NCBI GenBank assembly: GCA_964016885.1
Contig: OZ024743.1
Span: 333,312,001 to 333,376,000 of the forward strand
DNA: 64,000 nucleotides
Origin: Eledone cirrhosa
Lineage: Eukaryota
Reading direction: 5' to 3'
Below, in pieces: positions 12,001-24,000 of this stretch. The notes below the pieces were generated by a model, which worked only from the letters and a program-made list of their open reading frames with translations, ran no database searches and was not told where the DNA came from. Positions within the stretch are counted from its first letter, which is position 1; each line of letters opens with the position of its first letter. Made by a program: the position numbers and the translations under genes.

Positions 12001-15000
12001 TGTCCTGGTCAGCGTCTAGGTATTTAGTGTCCTAGGTCAGCATCTGAGTATTTAGTGTCCTAGGTCAGCATCTAGGTATTTAGTGTCCTAGGTCAGCATC
12101 TGAGTATTTAGTGTCCTAGGTCAGTGTCTGGGTTTTTGTGTCCTAGTCAGCGTCTATGTATTTAGTGTCCTAGGTCAGTGTCTAGGTATTTAGTGTCCTA
12201 GGTCAGCGTCTAGGTATTTAGTGTCCTAGGTCAGCGTCTGGGTATTTAGTGTCCTAGGTCAGCGTCTGGGTATTTAGTGTCCTAGGTCAGTGTCTGGGTT
12301 TTTGTGTCCAAGTCAGCGTCTAGGTATTTAGTGTCCTAGGTCAGCGTCTAGGTATTTAGTGTCCTAGGTCAGCGTCTAGGTATTTAGTGTCCTAGGTCAG
12401 CGTCTAGGTATTTAGTGTCCTAGGTCAGCGTCTAGGTATTTAGTGTCCTAGGTCAGCATCTGGGTATTTAGTGTCCTAGGTCAGCGTCTAGGTATTTAGT
12501 GTCCTAGGTCAGCGTCTAGGTATTTAGTGTCCTAGGTCAGCATCTGGGTATTTAGTGTCCTAGGTCAGCATCTAGGTATTTAGTTTCCTAGGTCAGCATC
12601 TGGGTATTTAGTGTCCTAAGTCAGCGTCTAGGTATTTAGTGTCCTAGGTCAGCATCTGGGTATTTAGTGTCCTAAGTCAGTGTCTAGGTATTTAGTGTCC
12701 TAGGTCAGCATCTGGGTATTTAGTGTCCTAAGTCAGCGTCTAGGTACTTAGTGTCCTAGGTCAGCATCTGGGTATTTAGTGTCCTAAGTCAGCGTCTAGG
12801 TATTTAGTGTCCTAGGTCAGCATCTGGGTATTTAGTGTCCTAAGTCAGCGTCTAGGTATTTAGTGTCCTAGGTCAGCGTCTGAGTATTTAGTGTCCTAGG
12901 TCAGCATCTGGATATTTAGTGTCCTAGGTCAGCATCTAGGTATTTAGTGTCCTAGGTCAGCGTCTGGGTATTTAGTGTCCTAGGTCAGCGTCTAGGTATT
13001 TAGTGTCCTAGGTCAGCGTCTGGGTATTTAGTGTCCTAAGTCAGCGTCTAGGTATTTAGTGTCCTAGGTCAGCATCTAGGTATTTAGTGTCCTAGGTCAG
13101 CATCTGGGTATTTAGTGTCCTAAGTCAGCGTCTAGGTATTTAGTGTCCTAGGTCAGCATCTGGGTATTTAGTGTCCTAAGTCAGCGTCTAGGTATTTAGT
13201 GTCCTAGGTCAGCATCTGGGTATTTAGTGTCCTAAGTCAGCGTCTAGGTATTTAGTGTCCTAGGTCAGCATCTGGGTATTTAGTGTCCTAAGTCAGCGTC
13301 TAGGTATTTAGTGTCCTAGGTCAGCGTCTGAGTATTTAGTGTCCTAGGTCAGCATCTGGATATTTAGTGTCCTAGGTCAGCATCTAGGTATTTAGTGTCC
13401 TAGGTCAGCGTCTGGGTATTTAGTGTCCTAGGTCAGCGTCTAGGTATTTAGTGTCCTAGGTCAGCGTCTAGGTATTTAGTGTCCTAGGTCAGCGTCTAGG
13501 TATTTAGTGTCCTAGGTCAGCGTCTGGGTATTTATTGTCCTAGGTCAGCGTTTGAGTATTTAGTGTCCTAGGTCAGCGTCTGGGTATTTAGTGTCCTAGG
13601 TCAGCGTCTGAGTATTTAGTGTCCTAGGTCAGCGTCTGAGTATTTAGTGTCCTAGGTCAGCGTCTAGGTATTTAGTGTCCTAGGTCAGCGTCTGGGTATT
13701 TAGTGTCCTAGGTCAGCGTCTGGGTATTTAGTGTCCTAGGTCAGCGTCTGGGTTCTTAGTGTCCTAAGTCAGCGTCTAGGTATTTAGTGTCCTAGGTCAG
13801 CGTCTGAGTATTTAGTGTCCTAGGTCAGCATCTGGATATTTAGTGTCCTAGGTCAGCGTCTGAGTATTTAGTGTCCTAGGTCAGCATCTGGGTATTTAGT
13901 GTCCTAGGTCAGCATCTAGGTATTTAGTGTCCTAGGTCAGCATCCAGGTATTTAGTGTCCTAGGTCAGCATCCAGGTATTTAGTGTCCTAGGTCAGCATC
14001 CAGGTATTTAGTGTCCTAGGTCAGCATCTGGGTATTTAGTATCCTAGGTCAGCGTCTGAGTATTTAGTGGCCTAGGTCAGCATCTAGGTATTTAGTGTCC
14101 TAGGTCAGCATCTGGGTATTTAGTGTCCTAGGTCAGCATCTGAGTATTTAGTGTCCTAAGTCAGCATCTGGGTATTTAGTGTCCTAAGTCAGCATCTGGG
14201 TATTTAGTGTCCTAGGTCAGCATCTGGGTATTTAGTGTCCTAGGTCAGCATCTAGGTATTTAGTGTCCTAGGTCAGCATCTAGGTATTTAGTGTCCTAGG
14301 TCAGCATCTGGGTATTTAGTGTCTTAGGTCAGCGTCTGAGTATTTAGTGTCCTAGGTCAGCGTCTAGGTATTTAGTGTCCTAGGCCAGCGTCTAGGTATT
14401 TAGTGTCCTAAGTCAGCATCTAGGTATTTAGTGTCCTAGGTCAGCATCTGGGTATTTAGTGTTCTAGGTCAGCATCTGGGTATTTAGTGTCCTAGGTCAG
14501 CGTCTGAGTATTTAGTGTCCTAGGTCAGCATCTAGGTATTTAGTGTCCTAGGTCAGCATCTGAGTATTTAGTGTCCTAGGTCAGCATCTGGGTATTTAGT
14601 GTCCTGGTTAGCGTCTAGGTATTTAGTGTCCTAGGTCAGCATCTAGGTATTTAGTGTCCTAGGTCAGCGTCTAGGTATTTAGTGTCCTAGGTCAGCGTCT
14701 AGGTATTTAGTGTCCTAGGTCAGCGTCTGGGTATTTATTGTCCTAGGTCAGCGTTTGAGTATTTAGTGTCCTAGGTCAGCGTCTGGGTATTTAGTGTCCT
14801 AGGTCAGCGTCTGAGTATTTAGTGTCCTAGGTCAGCGTCTGAGTATTTAGTGTCCTAGGTCAGCGTCTAGGTATTTAGTGTCCTAGGTCAGCGTCTGGGT
14901 ATTTAGTGTCCTAGGTCAGCGTCTGGGTATTTAGTGTCCTAGGTCAGCGTCTGGGTTCTTAGTGTCCTAGGTCAGCGTCTAGGTTCTTAGTGTCCTAGGT

Positions 15001-18000
15001 CAGCGTCTAGGTATTTAGTGTCCTAGGTCAGCGTCTGAGTATTTAGTGTCCTAGGTCAGCATCTGGATATTTAGTGTCCTAGGTCAGCGTCTGAGTATTT
15101 AGTGTCCTAGGTCAGCATCTGGGTATTTAGTGTCCTAGGTCAGCATCTAGGTATTTAGTGTCCTAGGTCAGCATCCAGGTATTTAGTGTCCTAGGTCAGC
15201 ATCCAGGTATTTAGTGTCCTAGGTCAGCATCCAGGTATTTAGTGTCCTAGGTCAGCATCTGGGTATTTAGTATCCTAGGTCAGCGTCTGAGTATTTAGTG
15301 GCCTAGGTCAGCATCTAGGTATTTAGTGTCCTAGGTCAGCATCTGAGTATTTAGTGTCCTAGGTCAGCATCTGGGTATTTAGTGTCCTGGTCAGCGTCTA
15401 GGTATTTAGTGTCCTAGGTCAGCGTCTAGGTATTTAGTGTCCTAGGTCAGCATCTGGGTATTTAGTGTCCTAAGTCAGTGTCTAGGTATTTAGTGTCCTA
15501 GGTCAGCGTCTGGGTATTTAGTGTCCTAGGTCAGCGTCTGAGTATTTAGTGTCCTAGGTCAGCATCTGGATATTTAGTGTCCTAGGTCAGCGTCTAGGTA
15601 TTTAGTGTCCTAGGTCAGCGTCTAGGTATTTAGTGTCCTAGGTCAGCGTCTAGGTATTTAGTGTCCTAGGTCAGCGTCTGGGTATTTAGTGTCCCAGGTC
15701 AGCGTCTGGGTATTTAGTGTCCTAGGTCAGCGTCTGGGTATTTAGTGTCCTAGATCAGCATCTGGGTATTTAGTGTCCTAGGTCAGCATCTAGGTATTTA
15801 GTGTCCTAGGTCAGCATCCAGGTATTTAGTGTCCTAGGTCAGCATCTGAGTATTTAGTGTCCTAGGTCAGCATCTGGGTATTTAGTGTCCTAAGTCAGCA
15901 TCTAGGTATTTAGTGTCCTAGGTCAGCATCTGGGTATTTAGTGTCCTAGGTCAGCATCCAGGTATTTAGTGTCCTAGGTCAGCATCCAGGTATTTAGTGT
16001 CCTAGGTCAGCATCTGGGTATTTAGTGTCCTAGGTCAGCATCTGGGTATTTAGTATCCTAGGTCAGCGTCTGAGTATTTAGTGGCCTAGGTCAGCATCTA
16101 GGTATTTAGTGTCCTAGGTCAGCATCTGAGTATTTACTGTCCTAGGTCAGCATCTGGGTATTTAGTGTCCTGGTCAGCGTCTAGGTATTTAGTGTTCTAG
16201 GTCAGCATCTGAGTATTTAATGTCCTTGGTCAGCGTCTGGGTATTTAGTGTCCTAGGCCAGCATCTGGGTATTTAGTGTCCTAGGTCAGTGTCTGGGTTT
16301 TTGTGTCCTAGTCAGCGTCTAGGTATTTAGTGTCCTAGGTCAGCGTCTAGGTATTTAGTGTCCTAGGTCAGCGTCTGAGTATTTAGTGTCCTAGGTCAGC
16401 ATCTGGATATTTAGTGTCCTAGGTCAGCGTCTGAGTATTTAGTGTCCTAGGTCAGCATCTGGATATTTAGTGTCCTAGGTCAGCATCTGGGTATTTAGTG
16501 TCCTAGGTCAGCATCTAGGTATTTAGTGTCCTAGGTCAGCATCCAGGTATTTAGTGTCCTAGGTCAGCATCCAGGTATTCAGTGTCCTAGGTCAGCATCT
16601 AGGTATTTAGTGTCCTAGGTCAGCATCTGGGTATTTAGTGTCCTAGGTCAGCATCTGGGTATTTAGTATCCTAGGTCAGCGTCTGAGTATTTAGTGGCCT
16701 AGGTCAGCATCTAGGTATTTAGTGTCCTAGGTCAGCATCTGAGTATTTAGTGTCCTAGGTCAGTGTCTGGGTATTTAGTGTCCTGGTCAGCGTCTAGGTA
16801 TTTAGTGTCCTAGGTCAGCGTCTGAGTATTTAGTGTCCTAGGTCAGCGTCTGGGTATTTAGTGTCCTAGGTCAGTGTCTGGGTATTTAGTGTCCTGGTCA
16901 GCGTCTAGGTATTTAGTGTCCTAGGTCAGCATCTGAGTATTTAGTGTCCTAGGTCAGTGTCTGGGTATTTAGTGTCCTAGGTCAGCGTCTAGGTATTTAG
17001 TGTCCTAGGTCAGCATCTAGGTATTTAGTGTCCTAGGTCAGCGTCTAGGTATTTAGTGTCCTAGGTCAGCATCTGGGTATTTAGTGTCCTAGGTCAGCGT
17101 CTAGGTATTTAGTGTCCTAGGTCAGCATCTAGGTATTTAGTGTCCTAGGTCAGCGTCTAGGTATTTAGTGTCCTAGGTCAGCGTCTGGGTATTTAGTGTC
17201 CTAGGTCAGCGTCTGAGTATTTAGTGTCCTAGGTCAGCATCTGGATATTTAGTGTCCTAGGTCAGCATCTAGGTATTTAATGTCCTAGGTCAGCGTCTGG
17301 GTATTTAGTGTCCTAGGTCAGCATCTGGGTATTTAGTGTCCTAGGTCAGCGTCTGGGTATTTAGTGTCCTAGGTCAGCGTCTAGGTATTTAGTGTCCTAG
17401 GTCAGCGTCTAGGTATTTAGTGTCCTAGGTCAGCGTCTAGGTATTTAGTGTCCTAGGTCAGCGTCTGGGTATTTAGTGTCCTAGATCAGCATCTGGGTAT
17501 TTAGTGTCCTAGGTCAGCATCTAGGTATTTAGTGTCCTAGGTCAGCATCTGGGTATTTAGTGTCCTAGGTCAGCATCTGAGTATTTAGTGTCCTAGGTCA
17601 GCATCTGGGTATTTAGTGTCCTAAGTCAGCATCTAGGTATTTAGTGTCCTAGGTCAGCATCCAGGTATTTAGTGTCCTAGGTCAGCATCCAGGTATTTAG
17701 TGTCCTAGGTCAGCATCCAGGTATTTAGTGTCCTAGGTCAGCATCTGGGTATTTAGTGTCCTAGGTCAGCATCTGGGTATTTAGTATCCTAGGTCAGCGT
17801 CTGAGTATTTAGTGGCCTAGGTCAGCATCTGGGTATTTAGTGTCCTGGTCAGCGTCTAGGTATTTAGTGTCCTAGGTCAGCATCTGAGTATTTAGTGTCC
17901 TAGGTCAGCATCTAGGTATTTAGTGTCCTAGGTCAGCATCTGAGTATTTAGTGTCCTAGGTCAGTGTCTGGGTTTTTGTGTCCTAGTCAGCGTCTATGTA

Positions 18001-21000
18001 TTTAGTGTCCTAGGTCAGTGTCTAGGTATTTAGTGTCCTAGGTCAGCGTCTAGGTATTTAGTGTCCTAGGTCAGCGTCTGGGTATTTAGTGTCCTAGGTC
18101 AGCGTCTGGGTATTTAGTGTCCTAGGTCAGTGTCTGGGTTTTTGTGTCCAAGTCAGCGTCTAGGTATTTAGTGTCCTAGGTCAGCGTCTAGGTATTTAGT
18201 GTCCTAGGTCAGCGTCTAGGTATTTAGTGTCCTAGGTCAGCGTCTAGGTATTTAGTGTCCTAGGTCAGCGTCTAGGTATTTAGTGTCCTAGGTCAGCATC
18301 TGGGTATTTAGTGTCCTAGGTCAGCGTCTAGGTATTTAGTGTCCTAGGTCAGCGTCTAGGTATTTAGTGTCCTAGGTCAGCATCTGGGTATTTAGTGTCC
18401 TAGGTCAGCATCTAGGTATTTAGTTTCCTAGGTCAGCATCTGGGTATTTAGTGTCCTAAGTCAGCGTCTAGGTATTTAGTGTCCTAGGTCAGCATCTGGG
18501 TATTTAGTGTCCTAAGTCAGTGTCTAGGTATTTAGTGTCCTAGGTCAGCATCTGGGTATTTAGTGTCCTAAGTCAGCGTCTAGGTACTTAGTGTCCTAGG
18601 TCAGCATCTGGGTATTTAGTGTCCTAAGTCAGCGTCTAGGTATTTAGTGTCCTAGGTCAGCATCTGGGTATTTAGTGTCCTAAGTCAGCGTCTAGGTATT
18701 TAGTGTCCTAGGTCAGCGTCTGAGTATTTAGTGTCCTAGGTCAGCATCTGGATATTTAGTGTCCTAGGTCAGCATCTAGGTATTTAGTGTCCTAGGTCAG
18801 CGTCTGGGTATTTAGTGTCCTAGGTCAGCGTCTAGGTATTTAGTGTCCTAGGTCAGCGTCTGGGTATTTAGTGTCCTAAGTCAGCGTCTAGGTATTTAGT
18901 GTCCTAGGTCAGCATCTAGGTATTTAGTGTCCTAGGTCAGCATCTGGGTATTTAGTGTCCTAAGTCAGCGTCTAGGTATTTAGTGTCCTAGGTCAGCATC
19001 TGGGTATTTAGTGTCCTAAGTCAGCGTCTAGGTATTTAGTGTCCTAGGTCAGCATCTGGGTATTTAGTGTCCTAAGTCAGCGTCTAGGTATTTAGTGTCC
19101 TAGGTCAGCATCTGGGTATTTAGTGTCCTAAGTCAGCGTCTAGGTATTTAGTGTCCTAGGTCAGCGTCTGAGTATTTAGTGTCCTAGGTCAGCATCTGGA
19201 TATTTAGTGTCCTAGGTCAGCATCTAGGTATTTAGTGTCCTAGGTCAGCGTCTGGGTATTTAGTGTCCTAGGTCAGCGTCTAGGTATTTAGTGTCCTAGG
19301 TCAGCGTCTAGGTATTTAGTGTCCTAGGTCAGCGTCTAGGTATTTAGTGTCCTAGGTCAGCGTCTGGGTATTTATTGTCCTAGGTCAGCGTTTGAGTATT
19401 TAGTGTCCTAGGTCAGCGTCTGGGTATTTAGTGTCCTAGGTCAGCGTCTGAGTATTTAGTGTCCTAGGTCAGCGTCTGAGTATTTAGTGTCCTAGGTCAG
19501 CGTCTAGGTATTTAGTGTCCTAGGTCAGCGTCTGGGTATTTAGTGTCCTAGGTCAGCGTCTGGGTATTTAGTGTCCTAGGTCAGCGTCTGGGTTCTTAGT
19601 GTCCTAGGTCAGCGTCTAGGTATTTAGTGTCCTAGGTCAGCGTCTGAGTATTTAGTGTCCTAGGTCAGCATCTGGATATTTAGTGTCCTAGGTCAGCGTC
19701 TGAGTATTTAGTGTCCTAGGTCAGCATCTGGGTATTTAGTGTCCTAGGTCAGCATCTAGGTATTTAGTGTCCTAGGTCAGCATCCAGGTATTTAGTGTCC
19801 TAGGTCAGCATCCAGGTATTTAGTGTCCTAGGTCAGCATCCAGGTATTTAGTGTCCTAGGTCAGCATCTGGGTATTTAGTATCCTAGGTCAGCGTCTGAG
19901 TATTTAGTGGCCTAGGTCAGCATCTAGGTATTTAGTGTCCTAGGTCAGCATCTGAGTATTTAGTGTCCTATGTCAGCGTCTGAGTATTTAGTGTCCTAGG
20001 TCAGCATCTGGATATTTAGTGTCCTAGGTCAGCATCTAGGTATTTAGTGTCCTAGGTCAGCGTCTGGGTATTTAGTGTCCTAGGTCAGCATCTGGGTATT
20101 TAGTGTCCTAGGTCAGCGTCTGGGTATTTAGTGTCCTAGGTCAGCGTCTAGGTATTTAGTGTCCTAGGTCAGCGTCTAGGTATTTAGTGTCCTAGGTCAG
20201 CGTCTAGGTATTTAGTGTCCTAGGTCAGCGTCTGGGTATTTAGTGTCCCAGGTCAGCGTCTGGGTATTTAGTGTCCTAGGTCAGCGTCTGGGTATTTAGT
20301 GTCCTAGATCAGCATCTGGGTATTTAGTGTCCTAGGTCAGCATCTAGGTATTTAGTGTCCTAGGTCAGCATCCAGGTATTTAGTGTCCTAGGTCAGCATC
20401 TGAGTATTTAGTGTCCTAGGTCAGCATCTGGGTATTTAGTGTCCTAAGTCAGCATCTAGGTATTTAGTGTCCTAGGTCAGCATCTGGGTATTTAGTGTCC
20501 TAGGTCAGCATCCAGGTATTTAGTGTCCTAGGTCAGCATCCAGGTATTTAGTGTCCTAGGTCAGCATCTGGGTATTTAGTGTCCTAGGTCAGCATCTGGG
20601 TATTTAGTATCCTAGGTCAGCGTCTGAGTATTTAGTGGCCTAGGTCAGCATCTAGGTATTTAGTGTCCTAGGTCAGCATCTGAGTATTTACTGTCCTAGG
20701 TCAGCATCTGGGTATTTAGTGTCCTGGTCAGCGTCTAGGTATTTAGTGTTCTAGGTCAGCATCTGAGTATTTAATGTCCTTGGTCAGCGTCTGGGTATTT
20801 AGTGTCCTAGGCCAGCATCTGGGTATTTAGTGTCCTAGGTCAGTGTCTGGGTTTTTGTGTCCTAGTCAGCGTCTAGGTATTTAGTGTCCTAGGTCAGCGT
20901 CTAGGTATTTAGTGTCCTAGGTCAGCGTCTGAGTATTTAGTGTCCTAGGTCAGCATCTGGATATTTAGTGTCCTAGGTCAGCGTCTGAGTATTTAGTGTC

Positions 21001-24000
21001 CTAGGTCAGCATCTGGATATTTAGTGTCCTAGGTCAGCATCTGGGTATTTAGTGTCCTAGGTCAGCATCTAGGTATTTAGTGTCCTAGGTCAGCATCCAG
21101 GTATTTAGTGTCCTAGGTCAGCATCCAGGTATTCAGTGTCCTAGGTCAGCATCCAGGTATTTAGTGTCCTAGGTCAGCATCTGGGTATTTAGTGTCCTAG
21201 GTCAGCATCTGGGTATTTAGTATCCTAGGTCAGCGTCTGAGTATTTAGTGGCCTAGGTCAGCATCTAGGTATTTAGTGTCCTAGGTCAGCATCTGAGTAT
21301 TTAGTGTCCTAGGTCAGTGTCTGGGTATTTAGTGTCCTGGTCAGCGTCTAGGTATTTAGTGTCCTAGGTCAGCGTCTGAGTATTTAGTGTCCTAGGTCAG
21401 CGTCTGGGTATTTAGTGTCCTAGGTCAGTGTCTGGGTATTTAGTGTCCTGGTCAGCGTCTAGGTATTTAGTGTCCTAGGTCAGCATCTGAGTATTTAGTG
21501 TCCTAGGTCAGTGTCTGGGTATTTAGTGTCCTAGGTCAGCGTCTAGGTATTTAGTGTCCTAGGTCAGCATCTAGGTATTTAGTGTCCTAGGTCAGCGTCT
21601 AGGTATTTAGTGTCCTAGGTCAGCATCTGGGTATTTAGTGTCCTAGGTCAGCGTCTAGGTATTTAGTGTCCTAGGTCAGCATCTAGGTATTTAGTGTCCT
21701 AGGTCAGCGTCTAGGTATTTAGTGTCCTAGGTCAGCGTCTGGGTATTTAGTGTCCTAGGTCAGCGTCTGAGTATTTAGTGTCCTAGGTCAGCATCTGGAT
21801 ATTTAGTGTCCTAGGTCAGCATCTAGGTATTTAGTGTCCTAGGTCAGCGTCTGGGTATTTAGTGTCCTAGGTCAGCATCTGGGTATTTAGTGTCCTAGGT
21901 CAGCGTCTGGGTATTTAGTGTCCTAGGTCAGCGTCTAGGTATTTAGTGTCCTAGGTCAGCGTCTAGGTATTTAGTGTCCTAGGTCAGCGTCTAGGTATTT
22001 AGTGTCCTAGGTCAGCGTCTGGGTATTTAGTGTCCTAGATCAGCATCTGGGTATTTAGTGTCCTAGGTCAGCATCTAGGTATTTAGTGTCCTAGGTCAGC
22101 ATCTGGGTATTTAGTGTCCTAGGTCAGCATCTGAGTATTTAGTGTCCTAGGTCAGCATCTGGGTATTTAGTGTCCTAAGTCAGCATCTAGGTATTTAGTG
22201 TCCTAGGTCAGCATCCAGGTATTTAGTGTCCTAGGTCAGCATCTGGGTATTTAGTGTCCTAGGTCAGCATCTGGGTATTTAGTATCCTAGGTCAGCGTCT
22301 GAGTATTTAGTGGCCTAGGTCAGCATCTGGGTATTTAGTGTCCTGGTCAGCGTCTAGGTATTTAGTGTCCTAGGTCAGCATCTGAGTATTTAGTGTCCTA
22401 GGTCAGCATCTAGGTATTTAGTGTCCTAGGTCAGCATCTGAGTATTTAGTGTCCTAGGTCAGTGTCTGGGTTTTTGTGTCCTAGTCAGCGTCTAGGTATT
22501 TAGTGTCCTAGGTCAGTGTCTAGGTATTTAGTGTCCTAGGTCAGCGTCTAGGTATTTAGTGTCCTAGGTCAGCGTCTGGGTATTTAGTGTCCTAGGTCAG
22601 CGTCTGGGTATTTAGTGTCCTAGGTCAGTGTCTGGGTTTTTGTGTCCTAGTCAGCGTCTAGGTATTTAGTGTCCTAGGTCAGCGTCTAGGTATTTAGTGT
22701 CCTAGGTCAGCGTCTAGGTATTTAGTGTCCTAGGTCAGCGTCTAGGTATTTAGTGTCCTAGGTCAGCGTCTAGGTATTTAGTGTCCTAGGTCAGCATCTG
22801 GGTATTTAGTGTCCTAGGTCAGCGTCTAGGTATTTAGTGTCCTAGGTTAGCGTCTAGGTATTTAGTGTCCTAGGTCAGCATCTGGGTATTTAGTGTCCTA
22901 GGTCAGCATCTAGGTATTTAGTTTCCTAGGTCAGCATCTGGGTATTTAGTGTCCTAAGTCAGCGTCTAGGTATTTAGTGTCCTAGGTCAGCATCTGGGTA
23001 TTTAGTGTCCTAAGTCAGCGTCTAGGTATTTAGTGTCCTAGGTCAGCATCTGGGTATTTAGTGTCCTAAGTCAGCGTCTAGGTATTTAGTGTCCTAGGTC
23101 AGCATCTGGGTATTTAGTGTCCTAAGTCAGCGTCTAGGTATTTAGTGTCCTAGGTCAGCATCTGGGTATTTAGTGTCCTAAGTCAGCGTCTAGGTATTTA
23201 GTGTCCTAGGTCAGCGTCTGAGTATTTAGTGTCCTAGGTCAGCATCTGGATATTTAGTGTCCTAGGTCAGCATCTAGGTATTTAGTGTCCTAGGTCAGCG
23301 TCTGGGTATTTAGTGTCCTAGGTCAGCGTCTAGGTATTTAGTGTCCTAGGTCAGCGTCTGGGTATTTAGTGTCCTAAGTCAGCGTCTAGGTATTTAGTGT
23401 CCTAGGTCAGCATCTAGGTATTTAGTGTCCTAGGTCAGCATCTGGGTATTTAGTGTCCTAAGTCAGCGTCTAGGTATTTAGTGTCCTAGGTCAGCATCTG
23501 GGTATTTAGTGTCCTAAGTCAGCGTCTAGGTATTTAGTGTCCTAGGTCAGCATCTGGGTATTTAGTGTCCTAAGTCAGCGTCTAGGTATTTAGTGTCCTA
23601 GGTCAGCATCTGGGTATTTAGTGTCCTAAGTCAGCGTCTAGGTATTTAGTGTCCTAGGTCAGCGTCTGAGTATTTAGTGTCCTAGGTCAGCATCTGGATA
23701 TTTAGTGTCCTAGGTCAGCATCTAGGTATTTAGTGTCCTAGGTCAGCGTCTGGGTATTTAGTGTCCTAGGTCAGCGTCTAGGTATTTAGTGTCCTAGGTC
23801 AGCGTCTAGGTATTTAGTGTCCTAGGTCAGCGTCTAGGTATTTAGTGTCCTAGGTCAGCATCTGGGTATTTAGTGTCCTAGGTCAGCATCTGGGTATTTA
23901 GTGTCCTAGGTCAGCGTCTAGGTATTTAGTGTCCTAGGTCAGCATCTGGGTATTTAGTGTCCTAGGTCAGCATCTAGGTATTTAGTGTCCTAGGTCAGCG

